Positions 9,489 through 19,400 of a stretch of 64,000 nucleotides of DNA are shown piece after piece (within the stretch, counting starts at the first letter, position 1; each line of letters opens with the position of its first letter). The stretch lies in assembly GCA_030765235.1 (NCBI GenBank), contig JAVCCW010000021.1, positions 733 to 64,732 on the forward strand, given 5' to 3'. A program made the position numbers and the translations under genes. Under the pieces are notes generated by a model that made no database searches, had not been told where the DNA came from, and was given only the letters and a program-made list of their open reading frames with translations. This DNA comes from Candidatus Gorgyraea atricola (lineage in GTDB: Bacteria; Omnitrophota; Gorgyraeia; Gorgyraeales; Gorgyraeaceae).

Positions 9489-11041
9489 TTCTTAGTCTTT
9501 CTTCGCGCTCGTTTTTTCCACGCGATTCTAACCATAATACCAAGCGTCAGAAACATACCTATAAGCATAAGCCGTATACCTAATACATACGGCTTATCTA
9601 CTTCGCTTATACCCTTCATCATTATTGTAGGAATACCATGCTGGTAAAACCAGAATCCAAGTATACAGAATAAAAATAAAGGCGTTATGTATTTTATTAT
9701 GAACTTGTAGATCTCTGGTATCTTAAGGTCTGCGCCGTGATGCATCTCTTCCCAAGCCTTTTCTATGCCAAATACCCAGCCGAAAAGGATTGTTTCAATT
9801 GTAGCGAAAAGTACGAGGCAGAATGTGCCTCCCCAGAAATCTAATTCGTTCACTGCGCCGTGTTTTAAAAATAATATAGCTGGCTGACAGAGTATAAAAG
9901 AGATTATGCCAAAGATAATGACTGCTTTTTTCTTTGAGATATTGAACTCATCCTCGAGAAACGCGATGCTGGGCTGCGCAAGAGATACAGAAGATGTAAT
10001 ACCTGCCAGGAATAAAAGTGTAAACCACATACATCCAAAAAACGCGCTCAGCGCGATCTTCTGGAATATTAGAGGCATTGTGACAAACCCGAGATTAAAC
10101 GCGCCGCCTGCCGCAATAGCCTGTATCTTGTGCGGTCCAAAGAATATGTACGCCGCTGGTATTATAATGGACGAGCCAAGTATGATCTCGGCAAATTCAT
10201 TTGTGCTCGCGGCTGTCAGGCCTGAGAGCGCGACATCATCTGTCTTTTTAAGGTAGCTCGCGTAGGTCAATATTACGCCTATACCTACGCTGAGCGTGAA
10301 GAATATCTGTCCAGCTGCCGCGAGCCAAACCTTCGCGTTTTTTAATGAAGCAAAATCAGGATTCCATAGGAAACCCAAGCCATTTACTATATTCCATTCG
10401 GGCCTTGATGGATCAGGTGTACCTAAGGTCAAGACCCTTACAGCTATTATTATGCCGAATATTAAAAGCGCTGGCATTGCGATCTTGCAGAGCTTTTCAA
10501 TGCCTCCGGAAATGCCTTTATAGATGATAAACATGTTGATGATAAATGTTATGAGGAAGAATAGATACGCGGATTGCATATTTGAGAAAAACTGGTTTTT
10601 CTCAATGCCTTGGAACCCGCGTAAGAGCGACATCATGCTTTCCTGGTCAGCAAGCTGCCCGTATTTCCCAACTGCTGAAAAAACAGCATAGGCAAGTGTC
10701 CATGACGCGATATAGTTATAGTAGATGAAGATTACAAGTGGGCCAAAGATCCCAATAATACCAAAGTATTTTATGAAGCGGTTTTTCTCCCACATGGTAT
10801 TAAAGATCCCGGGCGCGGTGCCATGGCCAAACCCGCCGCCAAGTCTCCCAACTGTCCATTCTATCCACATTAGCGGTATGCCGAGTAGAAGAAGAGAGAT
10901 AAAATAAGGTATCATGAACGCGCCGCCGCCATTCTGCGCAGCCTGCACAGGAAACCTCAAGAAGTTCCCCAACCCCACAGCACTCCCAGCAACAGCCATG
11001 ATAATACCAATCCGAGATTTCCAACTATCCCGCTTTCGCAT
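9485..11041 (-). CDS. Sodium-dependent transporter, NSS (LeuT-like) family
   Basis: GSAVGLGNFLRFP, GGGAF, GQIFFTLS; start moved to ATG 11041 (MRKRDSW). Confidence 0.95.
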   Translation of the reverse strand: MRKRDSWKSRIGIIMAVAGSAVGLGNFLRFPVQAAQNGGGAFMIPYFISLLLLGIPLMWIEWTVGRLGGGFGHGTAPGIFNTMWEKNRFIKYFGIIGIFGPLVIFIYYNYIASWTLAYAVFSAVGKYGQLADQESMMSLLRGFQGIEKNQFFSNMQSAYLFFLITFIINMFIIYKGISGGIEKLCKIAMPALLIFGIIIAVRVLTLGTPDPSRPEWNIVNGLGFLWNPDFASLKNAKVWLAAAGQIFFTLSVGIGVILTYASYLKKTDDVALSGLTAASTNEFAEIILGSSIIIPAAYIFFGPHKIQAIAAGGAFNLGFVTMPLIFQKIALSAFFGCMWFTLLFLAGITSSVSLAQPSIAFLEDEFNISKKKAVIIFGIISFILCQPAILFLKHGAVNELDFWGGTFCLVLFATIETILFGWVFGIEKAWEEMHHGADLKIPEIYKFIIKYITPLFLFCILGFWFYQHGIPTIMMKGISEVDKPYVLGIRLMLIGMFLTLGIMVRIAWKKRARRKTKK

Positions 11042-11048
11042 ATAGAAA

Positions 11049-11173
11049 AGTATACTTATAAAATCCTTATCTGTCAAATCCTCTAAAGTAGACAAAACAG
11101 TCAGTGACTGTTTTGTCTACTTTAGGGAGAACAGAGGGGCTTTGCTTGACATATGTGGTAGATAGGTTAGAAT
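11049..11173. promoter_or_regulatory. Divergent sigma70-type promoter pair
   Basis: Minus strand TTGACA(11077-72)-17-TATACT(11054-49); plus strand TTGACA(11146-51)-16-TAGAAT(11168-73). Confidence 0.7.
11083..11125. repeat. 43-bp GTAG-containing palindrome (REP-like)
   Basis: CTAAAGTAGACAAAACAGTCA-g-TGACTGTTTTGTCTACTTTAG; second copy at 44046-44088. Confidence 0.9.
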
Positions 11174-11182
11174 ATTATATAT

Positions 11183-14100
11183 ATGTCAGGGTTTGATAAA
11201 TTCTATAAAGAACTTAATGTAGAGCAGAAGATGGCTGTAGATACAGTGGATGGGCCGGTGTTGGTCCTTGCCGGGCCTGGGACTGGGAAGACTCAGCTTT
11301 TATCTGTTCGTGCCGCTAATATTATCCGTACGGAAAAGGTCCTGCCTGAGAATATTCTGATTCTTACCTATACAAATGCCGCTACAAAGACCATGAAGGA
11401 GCGTTTGGCAAAGATCATTGGGTTTAAGGGCTATGACGTGCATGTTTCTACCTTCCATAGTTTCGCTAACTCCATAATACTTGATTCAGAAGAGGCCTCG
11501 AATTATATCCAGGAGAGGATTCAGATCACAGATATCGAGAATCTAAAGGCCATAGAATATGTACTGGATCATTCTAAGGATGTTTCTGATATAAGGCCTT
11601 TTCGCGCGCCATATACATACGTTAGGGAGATACAAAAAAGGATAAGCGACCTTAAGAGAGAAGGCATAAGCCCGGAAGAATTTTCTAAATACGTTAAAGA
11701 CATAAAACCTGACAATGTATATGTTGAGCAAAAACATATCCCGCGCATAAAGGCACTGGCAATCGTCTATAGCCAGTATGAAAAACTCAAGGAAGGAAAA
11801 AATAAAGACATATTCGACGAGCGCGGGAGATATGACTATGACGACATGATCATGATCGCGATGGACGCGATAAATAAAGAAAAGCTACTTAAAGAAAAAT
11901 ATCAGCAGCTTTATAAATACATAATGGTGGACGAGTTCCAGGACACAAATGGCGCACAGCTTAAATTCTTATTCTCTCTTATAAAGGATGCGCATTCTAA
12001 TCTCTGCTGCGTAGGAGATGATGACCAGTCTATCTATCGGTTCCAGGGCGCAAGCATCGCTAACTTTAAAGAACTAAAAAAGAAATTCAAGGATCTGAAA
12101 ACAATTTCCCTTAAAGACAATTACCGCTCAGTAAAAGAGATCATAGACCTTTCGCAGAACCTCATAAAAGAACTTCCTCAAAATGAGCGCATAGGAGAAA
12201 AATCCCTTATATCAAAAGTAGATTTTAAGAAAAAATCAATAGAATACAGGGAATTTACCGCTAATGAAGAAGAGCTCTGTTTTATCGTCGAGCGGATAAA
12301 GCAGTTATGCGCTAAAGAAAAAGGCCTTTCTTACGACGACATTGCGGTATTAGTAAGAAAGAGAAGCCTGATCCCGAGGATAATAGACGCGTTGCTTCAG
12401 GCAGGCATCCCGTATGCTACTGATGGGAAAGAAGACATAAGAAGCGAGATGCGCGTAAGACAGATGCTGGATATCCTGGAGCTTGCGAGCATTGAACCTC
12501 AGGATTTTGGGGAAAGAGACAGGATCTTATATAAGATCCTCATAGCTGATTATTTCGAGATCCCGCACAAGGATATCCTGGATTTTATAAACAAGGTCAA
12601 TAAGAAAAAGAAAAATAGAGAAAATGTTACGCTTCTCTCAGAATTTTTTAAAGACAAAGATTTTAAAGATACAGCTGCCATAATAGAAAAATTCTTAAAA
12701 GAGAGTCTGTTTAAACCTGTGCATGCAGTGCTCATGGAATACATCAGGGACGCAGGGATCTATAAATATATCCTTAAGACCTACGACAAGGATGAAGTCT
12801 TAAGGATCAGGCAGGTACGCGGCCTTGCTTCGTTCGTAAACATGGTAAAGGAATATGATCTTTCAAATCCTGGCATAGATTTGAAGAAATTCATAGAGGA
12901 GATCAAGACGCGCAACGAACATAATCTCGCTATCCAGGGAGAGCTTGTCACAATGACGCAGAATGGCGTAAGGATCTTTACTGCGCATGCCTCAAAGGGG
13001 CAGGAATTCCACAGCGTGATAATTCCTTTTTGCCTGCAGGACGATAGCTGGCCCATAAAACCAATGCCTGATAAGATCCCTCTTGGACCTGAGATACTGG
13101 GAGGCATTGAAAAGGTGGATAGTAAAGAAAGAATAAAAAAGTTGAGATTCTATGACGAGACAAGACTTTTTTATGTGGCCATAAGCAGAGCAAAGAGCAA
13201 TATACTTTTTACATGCAGCCCTAAAGAGAACAAGATCTCCAGTTCGTTTATCCATAGATTGGATCTAGAGACCAAGGAGAACTTCTTTAAGGAGGAGGAT
13301 GTACTGGCCGGATCTTTGATCAAAGCGGATTTTAAAGATCCTTTTGTAGGCACTGAGAAGATCCTGGGTGATATGGTCAAGGATATGACTTTGAATCCCA
13401 CAAGCATAAATAACTATCTATACTGCAGGAGAAAATTTCTCTATGACAATGTCCTGATGCTTCCAGGCGCAAAGAAACAGAGCCTGATCTTTGGTAATGC
13501 AGTGCATGAGGGCCTGGAGCATGTGTACGGGCATTTTATGAAGACAGATAAATTTCCGGATTTTCAGTTTTTTAAAGATAGATTTTCTGACGCGTTGAAA
13601 TACCAGGGCCCTGAGAAGGCAATAGAGCTTCGCTGTAAAGAACAGTTCGAGGGGTTGAGGAGATTTTTTAGCAGGATATCTTCAAATCCTGTCAAGCCTA
13701 TTGGTCTGGAGAATCGTATGCCAATAAATATTGACGGCATTATCATTACTGGAAAATACGATAGATTAGACATAGAAGACAATAATGAAAAATCACTTCG
13801 CGTAGTAGACTATAAAACAGGCCAGCCAAGGAATCATGCAAAGGGTATCTTCCAGTGCAAGAGCCTGGAGGATGAATCCTGCGATGGTTATCTTCGTCAG
13901 CTCGCGTGCTATAAACTTTTATACGAAAAGGACAAGACGCGAAAGGACAATGATCTATTTGTGAGTCATGGCGTGGTGATATTCGTAGAGCCTGCAAAAG
14001 AGGATGTGCGCAGTTATGGAATAAAAAAGGGCGAGCCCACTGAATTTAAGGTCGAACTCAGGGAAGAAATGGTAGATGAAATGGTAGGCATAATAAAGAG

Positions 14101-14200
14101 TGTTTGGGCAAGCGTGCAGGATCTGCATTTTGAAAAATTAGAGGAACGCGACAAGAAAAAATGCAACTGGTGTGACTTTGATCACATATGTTGGAAATAA
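11183..14200 (+). CDS. UvrD/PcrA-family helicase fused to a PD-(D/E)xK nuclease with Fe-S cysteines
   Basis: AGPGTGKT, VDEFQD, GDDDQSIY, SKGQEF, GKYDRLD...VVDYKTG, C-terminal CNWCDFDHIC. Confidence 0.93.
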   Translation: MSGFDKFYKELNVEQKMAVDTVDGPVLVLAGPGTGKTQLLSVRAANIIRTEKVLPENILILTYTNAATKTMKERLAKIIGFKGYDVHVSTFHSFANSIILDSEEASNYIQERIQITDIENLKAIEYVLDHSKDVSDIRPFRAPYTYVREIQKRISDLKREGISPEEFSKYVKDIKPDNVYVEQKHIPRIKALAIVYSQYEKLKEGKNKDIFDERGRYDYDDMIMIAMDAINKEKLLKEKYQQLYKYIMVDEFQDTNGAQLKFLFSLIKDAHSNLCCVGDDDQSIYRFQGASIANFKELKKKFKDLKTISLKDNYRSVKEIIDLSQNLIKELPQNERIGEKSLISKVDFKKKSIEYREFTANEEELCFIVERIKQLCAKEKGLSYDDIAVLVRKRSLIPRIIDALLQAGIPYATDGKEDIRSEMRVRQMLDILELASIEPQDFGERDRILYKILIADYFEIPHKDILDFINKVNKKKKNRENVTLLSEFFKDKDFKDTAAIIEKFLKESLFKPVHAVLMEYIRDAGIYKYILKTYDKDEVLRIRQVRGLASFVNMVKEYDLSNPGIDLKKFIEEIKTRNEHNLAIQGELVTMTQNGVRIFTAHASKGQEFHSVIIPFCLQDDSWPIKPMPDKIPLGPEILGGIEKVDSKERIKKLRFYDETRLFYVAISRAKSNILFTCSPKENKISSSFIHRLDLETKENFFKEEDVLAGSLIKADFKDPFVGTEKILGDMVKDMTLNPTSINNYLYCRRKFLYDNVLMLPGAKKQSLIFGNAVHEGLEHVYGHFMKTDKFPDFQFFKDRFSDALKYQGPEKAIELRCKEQFEGLRRFFSRISSNPVKPIGLENRMPINIDGIIITGKYDRLDIEDNNEKSLRVVDYKTGQPRNHAKGIFQCKSLEDESCDGYLRQLACYKLLYEKDKTRKDNDLFVSHGVVIFVEPAKEDVRSYGIKKGEPTEFKVELREEMVDEMVGIIKSVWASVQDLHFEKLEERDKKKCNWCDFDHICWK

Positions 14201-14210
14201 GGGGGATTTC

Positions 14211-14789
14211 ATGAGGAGATTTTTTATTATTTTTATGACAGCAGTTTTAATCTCGGGTTGCAATATTGTTCCTAAGTCGATGCAGTACCAGAAAGAGGAA
14301 GAAAAGACTATAGGCAGCGTGGATGTGGTCAATCCTCTTGTGGAAGAGGCGCAGATCGTGCTGGATAGTCTAGGATATAACGCCGGGACCATGGATGGCA
14401 AAATGGGCAAAAAGACCAGACAGGCCATAAAGGAATTTCAGGAGTCCATAGGCTTGAGGAGCACAGGTTATATTGATAAACGCACCTGGATGGCAGTAGA
14501 GGATATAATGAGAGAGAGTGAGAGGCGCGACCTGAAAAAGGATTATAATATAGAGGTGAGGAGCCCGTATTTAGAAGAGATCTATGATTCTGAGAGTAAG
14601 TTAGGAGTTACAACAAGACAAATACAGACTGCTTTAAAAAATGCCGGATTTGACCCAGGCACTATAGACGGGAAATCAGGACCAAGGACGCAGCAGGCAA
14701 TAAAGGAGTTCCAGCGCACAAAGGGCCTGAAGATAGATGGTAAGGTCGGTGCGCAGACATGGACAGAACTGGGCAAGTATCTTAAATAA
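14211..14789 (+). CDS. Lipoprotein with two peptidoglycan-binding domains
   Basis: Lipobox LISGC; two DG.xG..T.QAIKEFQ repeats. Confidence 0.88.
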   Translation: MRRFFIIFMTAVLISGCNIVPKSMQYQKEEEKTIGSVDVVNPLVEEAQIVLDSLGYNAGTMDGKMGKKTRQAIKEFQESIGLRSTGYIDKRTWMAVEDIMRESERRDLKKDYNIEVRSPYLEEIYDSESKLGVTTRQIQTALKNAGFDPGTIDGKSGPRTQQAIKEFQRTKGLKIDGKVGAQTWTELGKYLK

Positions 14790-14836
14790 ACTTTTAGTCT
14801 TGCGATAAGTTGACACAGTTTAGGGGGGTGAGTTTG

Positions 14837-15673
14837 ATGAACTATATAAAGACGGGCATGCTATTGGTTCTTTTGACAATGCTCTTTGTATGGATAGGCG
14901 GTTATTTCGGGGGTCAGTCTGGCGCGACGTTCGCATTTGTGTTTGCGCTTTTGATGAATTTTGGCGCGTATTGGTTCAGCGACAGAATAGTACTTGCCAT
15001 GCATAAGGCCAAAGAGGTTTCTCCGAAGGAAGTACCTGAACTCTATAACATAGTCAGGGAGCTAAGTTCCAATGCAAAGCTTCCCATGCCAAAATTATAT
15101 ATAACGCCGCAGAATTCTCCAAATGCCTTTGCAACAGGCCGTAACCCAAAGCATTCAGCAGTATGCGTTACGCAGGGCATTCTGAATCTCCTGAATCGCG
15201 AAGAATTAAAAGGAGTTGTAGCTCATGAATTGTCACATATAAAAAATAGAGACACGTTGATAATGACTGTTGCAGCGACTATTGCAGGGGCGATTACTAT
15301 GCTTGCATACTGGGCAAGATGGGTCGTGATATTAGGAGGAAGAGGAAGAAATAGAGACAGCAATGTCATTGGATATCTTTTTATGCTTATAGTTGCGCCA
15401 ATCGCGGCAATGCTTATACAGCTTGCGATATCGCGCTCCAGGGAATACGCGGCTGATAAAAGGGCCGCGTTTATTGCGAGAGACCATATAGGTCTTGTAA
15501 ATGCGCTTTTAAAATTAGAAAAAGGCGCACAGGCTCATCCTATGCAGGCAAGCCAGGCCACAGCGCATCTTTTTATAGTAAATCCATTGCGCGGCCAGGC
15601 ACTGGCAAGACTTTTCAGCACGCACCCGCCAATACAGGAGAGAGTAAAGAGGCTGAAGAATATAAATCTATAG
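14837..15673 (+). CDS. htpX: Zinc metalloprotease HtpX
   Basis: PNAFATG, AHELSH, SRSREY.AD, STHPP. Confidence 0.96.
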   Translation: MNYIKTGMLLVLLTMLFVWIGGYFGGQSGATFAFVFALLMNFGAYWFSDRIVLAMHKAKEVSPKEVPELYNIVRELSSNAKLPMPKLYITPQNSPNAFATGRNPKHSAVCVTQGILNLLNREELKGVVAHELSHIKNRDTLIMTVAATIAGAITMLAYWARWVVILGGRGRNRDSNVIGYLFMLIVAPIAAMLIQLAISRSREYAADKRAAFIARDHIGLVNALLKLEKGAQAHPMQASQATAHLFIVNPLRGQALARLFSTHPPIQERVKRLKNINL

Positions 15674-15678
15674 CTATC

Positions 15679-15806
15679 GGAAGTTACTTAATGTTATGGA
15701 ATGTTTCGTAAGGTTATGGAAGGTTACAAAAAATACTGTGATTTAAAGATTTTTTATGCAACTTTCCATAACATTCCATAACTTTCCGAAACCTTAAGTA
15801 ACATCC
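15679..15806. repeat. Inverted pair of degenerate 10-mer tandem arrays
   Basis: About five AnGTTATGGA-like units at 15679-15727 and their reverse complements at 15758-15806. Confidence 0.75.
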
Positions 15807-15828
15807 TAATTGCTAAAAAACTGGGAGG

Positions 15829-16842
15829 GTGAATATGGTAGAGTTTAGTCCTAAATATGGACAGGATATCAGGGAGATCAATGAAAAAGTCAAACAGGCT
15901 AGTCTTTTTGTGCAGCAGATCAATGCGGAGCTTTCAAAGGTCATTGTTGGCCAAAAGTATGCAGTAGACAGGCTCATGATAGCGCTTCTTGCCAACGGCC
16001 ATATATTGATCGAAGGTGTGCCGGGCCTGGCAAAGACGCTTGCCGTCAAGACTCTTTCAAACTGCATCCAGACAAAATTCCAGCGTCTTCAGTTTACACC
16101 TGATCTATTGCCGGCTGATTTGATCGGTACGCTTGTGTATAATCCAAAGGATGGTAAGTTTACCACGAAAAAAGGCCCTATCTTCGCAAATCTGATTCTG
16201 GCAGACGAGATAAATAGGGCGCCAGCAAAAGTACAGAGCGCGCTTTTAGAGGCAATGCAAGAGCGTCAGATTACGATAGGAGAGAATACTTTTAAATTAG
16301 ATGATCCATTTCTTGTCCTGGCCACTCAGAATCCAATAGAACAGGAAGGCACATACCCTCTTCCGGAAGCGCAGATCGATAGGTTCATGCTCAAGATAAA
16401 AATGGACTATCCTAATAAAAAAGAAGAAAAAGAGATCATGGAGCGCATGGCAGGGCATGTACCAGCTGAAGTACGATCGATTGTTTCTCCAAAAGATATC
16501 ATAAAGGCAAGAGAGATAGTCAGCCAGGTCTATATAGACGATAAGATAAAAGATTATATAGTGGATCTTGTCTATGCAACGCGAAGGCCTGAAGAGTATA
16601 ATCTGGATATAAAAAGCCTGATTTCGTATGGCGCTTCTCCGCGCGCATCTATATATCTAAATATAGCCGCTCGCGCGCACGCCTTTATCCGCGGCAGAGG
16701 TTATGTAATACCTGAGGATGTGAAAGAGATCGGCATGGATGTCCTGCGTCACCGCATTATTGTTACCTATGAAGCAGAAGCAGAAGAAATGACAAGCGAA
16801 GACATTGTAAAACGTGTGTTTGATGAAATAGAAGTACCATAG
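15829..16842 (+). CDS. moxR: MoxR-family AAA+ ATPase
   Basis: GVPGLAKT, FTPDLLPAD, LADEINRA, ATQNP. Confidence 0.95.
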   Translation: MNMVEFSPKYGQDIREINEKVKQASLFVQQINAELSKVIVGQKYAVDRLMIALLANGHILIEGVPGLAKTLAVKTLSNCIQTKFQRLQFTPDLLPADLIGTLVYNPKDGKFTTKKGPIFANLILADEINRAPAKVQSALLEAMQERQITIGENTFKLDDPFLVLATQNPIEQEGTYPLPEAQIDRFMLKIKMDYPNKKEEKEIMERMAGHVPAEVRSIVSPKDIIKAREIVSQVYIDDKIKDYIVDLVYATRRPEEYNLDIKSLISYGASPRASIYLNIAARAHAFIRGRGYVIPEDVKEIGMDVLRHRIIVTYEAEAEEMTSEDIVKRVFDEIEVP

Positions 16843-16845
16843 AGA

Positions 16846-16934
16846 CAATGGCCTTTAATAAGTAAGGCAGGCTTTAGCCTGCCTTAATAGAAAAAGGCCA
16901 TTGCTACAATCTGTAGGGCAGACTTTAGTCTGCC
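16846..16934. repeat. Two REP-like hairpins, the first nested in an 11-bp outer stem
   Basis: CAATGGCCTTT..[TAAGGCAGGCTttAGCCTGCCTTA]..AAAGGCCATTG, then GTAGGGCAGACTttAGTCTGCC. Confidence 0.8.
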
Positions 16935-16943
16935 AAACCCATA

Positions 16944-17822
16944 ATGATTCCGAAGGAAATCCTTAAAAAAGTCAGGCAGATCGAGATTCGGACAGGTCGG
17001 CTTGTGAATAATGTGTTTGCCGGTAAGTATGGGTCTGTGTTCAAGGGCCGCGGCATGGAATTCCACGAGGTGCGGGAATACGTGCCAGGTGACGACATCC
17101 GCTCCATCGACTGGAATGTGACAGCCCGTGCAGGCAATCCCTATGTCAAGAAATTCGTGGAAGAAAGAGAGCTCACAGTTTTACTAATGGCAGACTTGAG
17201 CTCATCGGGTGATTTTGGCACAAAAAACAAGATGAAGAAAGAGATAATGGCGGAGATAGGCGCTGTCCTTGCATTTAGCGCAATCAAGAATAATGATAAG
17301 GTCGGACTTTTGCTTTTTACAGACCATGTGGAAAAATTTATCACGCCTAAAAAAGGAAAGGCCCATGTCCTGAGGGTTATACGGGAGTTATTGTACTATA
17401 AGCCAAAGGGCAAAAAGACCAGCATCAATGCCGCCATTGAATATCTGGGAAAGGTTTTAAAAAAGAAGACTGTAATATTTCTCATATCAGATTTTATAGA
17501 TTCTGACTATGAAAAGCGGTTGAGGATCTTAAATAAGCGTCATGATGTCATAGCCATACCTATTTCTGACCCGAGAGAGATGGCTCTTCCTGACGTGGGA
17601 CTCATAGAATTTGAAGATGCTGAAACAGGCGAGGTGGTTTATCTGGACACGTCAGATGATTTACTGAAAAAAGAATTTAAAAAGAGAAAATACTCTTTTA
17701 TTGAAGAGCGCAACAGGATATTTAGATCCGTAGGAGTTGATTCTGTAGAGATATCCACGGACAGACCTTACATAAAACCCCTTATGCTTTTTTTCAAGGC
17801 ACGTTCCAAAAGATTCAGATGA
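16944..17822 (+). CDS. DUF58 (vWA-like) protein
   Basis: GMEFHEVREYVPGDDIRSIDWNVTAR. Confidence 0.95.
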   Translation: MIPKEILKKVRQIEIRTGRLVNNVFAGKYGSVFKGRGMEFHEVREYVPGDDIRSIDWNVTARAGNPYVKKFVEERELTVLLMADLSSSGDFGTKNKMKKEIMAEIGAVLAFSAIKNNDKVGLLLFTDHVEKFITPKKGKAHVLRVIRELLYYKPKGKKTSINAAIEYLGKVLKKKTVIFLISDFIDSDYEKRLRILNKRHDVIAIPISDPREMALPDVGLIEFEDAETGEVVYLDTSDDLLKKEFKKRKYSFIEERNRIFRSVGVDSVEISTDRPYIKPLMLFFKARSKRFR

Positions 17823-17825
17823 GGA

Positions 17826-18317
17826 TTGGGAATGGATGACATCAGGCCTTTAAAGGATTTTGTAGAGATTAAAGGTGGATTTGTGCTTTGGCCATTAATG
17901 TTAATAGTCTTATTATTGGCCATTGCGGTATTTCTTTTTATATATTTTAAGAAGAGAAAAAAGGCTGTAGAGCTCCCTGCCTCACCGCCCCGCCCTCCAG
18001 AAGACATTGCCATGGAAGCATTAAAGGCCCTCTTAGAGATGAAATTAATAGAACAGGGCTTGATAAAGGAATATTATATAAGGCTTTCAGATATTATACG
18101 TAACTATATCGAGGCCAGATTTAACGTCTTTGCTCTGGATCGGACCACATGGGAACTCTATCAAGAGATGCGCGTAAAGAAGATCGAAAGAAAGCGAACA
18201 GATCAAATAAGAGATTTTCTGGAAGATTGTGATCTTGTAAAATTCGCAAAATATATCCCGAATAAAAAGGAAATCGAAGAAGTGTATACTAGCGCAAAGG
18301 AAATTATTAAGATATGA
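17826..18317 (+). CDS. Single-pass membrane protein of the bat cluster
   Basis: One TM helix, YY..LS.I.R.YIE and DLVKFAKY motifs, position between DUF58 and batA. Confidence 0.8.
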   Translation: MGMDDIRPLKDFVEIKGGFVLWPLMLIVLLLAIAVFLFIYFKKRKKAVELPASPPRPPEDIAMEALKALLEMKLIEQGLIKEYYIRLSDIIRNYIEARFNVFALDRTTWELYQEMRVKKIERKRTDQIRDFLEDCDLVKFAKYIPNKKEIEEVYTSAKEIIKI

Positions 18318-19303
18318 GATTTGCCAATCCATTATTTTTAATATTACTTGGTATTATTCCTTTAATGATCTGGGATTATTTCAGGCGCGCTAAAGTCCGC
18401 GAGGCCAATCTTATATTTTCAGACATCTCGATCGTTAAGACGGTACAGCCTGGCTTTCGTGTTAGATATCGACACGTCCCAATGATTTTGCGTATAGTTG
18501 CCGTATTTATCTTTATCCTTGCCCTGGCAAGGCCTCAGGCAGGCCAGATGGAGGAGGAGATCATAACAGAAGGCATTGATATCATGCTCACGCTTGACAC
18601 CTCTAGCAGTATGAAGGCAGAAGATTTTAAGCCGCAAAATAGATTGGGCGCGGCCAAAGAGGTAATAAGCGAATTTATTAAATCAAGGAAGAATGATAGG
18701 ATCGGCCTTGTGGTTTTTTCAAGGTCCAGCTTTACTCAATGCCCGCTTACGCTTGATTATGGGGTGCTTTTGGATCTATTGGATAAGATAGATATAGGCA
18801 TGATAGAAGACGGTACAGCCATAGGTACTGCGATTGCAAATTCTGTTAATAGACTCAGAGATTCTAAAGCCAAAAGTAAGGTCATCATCCTGCTTACAGA
18901 CGGCATCAATAACGCGGGAAAGATAGACCCTCAAACAGCAGCAAAGGCGGCCCGGGCGCTCGAGGTAAAGATATATACTATAGGCGCTGGCAAGCCTGGA
19001 GGAGCGATGTATCCTGTAGATCATCCTATCTTTGGAAAAAGATACGTGCAGATGGATACAGAGATAGATGAGGCGCTTCTTAAAGAGATCGCAGAAGAAA
19101 CAGGAGGCATATATTTCAGAGCAAAGGATGAAAAAGGGCTCGAGGAAATTTACGAGACCATAGGTAAGTTAGAGAAGACCGAGATTGAGACAAAGGAGTA
19201 CGCGAATTATCACGAGCTTGCCACTGGTTTTATTTTGCCAGGATTTGTTGTGTTTTTACTAGGAACTATTTTGGGGAATACATTGTTTAGGAAGATTCCT
19301 TAG
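18314..19303 (+). CDS. batA: BatA-like vWA membrane protein
   Basis: MRFANP, LARPQ, MIDAS DTSSSM, LLTDG. Confidence 0.9.
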   Translation: MRFANPLFLILLGIIPLMIWDYFRRAKVREANLIFSDISIVKTVQPGFRVRYRHVPMILRIVAVFIFILALARPQAGQMEEEIITEGIDIMLTLDTSSSMKAEDFKPQNRLGAAKEVISEFIKSRKNDRIGLVVFSRSSFTQCPLTLDYGVLLDLLDKIDIGMIEDGTAIGTAIANSVNRLRDSKAKSKVIILLTDGINNAGKIDPQTAAKAARALEVKIYTIGAGKPGGAMYPVDHPIFGKRYVQMDTEIDEALLKEIAEETGGIYFRAKDEKGLEEIYETIGKLEKTEIETKEYANYHELATGFILPGFVVFLLGTILGNTLFRKIP

Positions 19304-19378
19304 GGACAAGTGACAAGTAACAAGGGACAAGGAGCATCTAAACCCCCTTGTCTCTTGTCTCATGTCCCTTGTCCCTAA
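19300..19378. repeat. Inverted pair of GGGACAA heptamer arrays
   Basis: Four degenerate GGGACAA units followed by four TTGTCCC-type units. Confidence 0.85.
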
Positions 19379-19400
19379 CATGTAATCCAAAGGAGCAAAG

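Noticed and set aside
11183-14200. Helicase-nuclease fusion as a defence system
   Set aside because: It fits ordinary UvrD/AddA-like repair enzymes, has typical composition and has no defence-type neighbours
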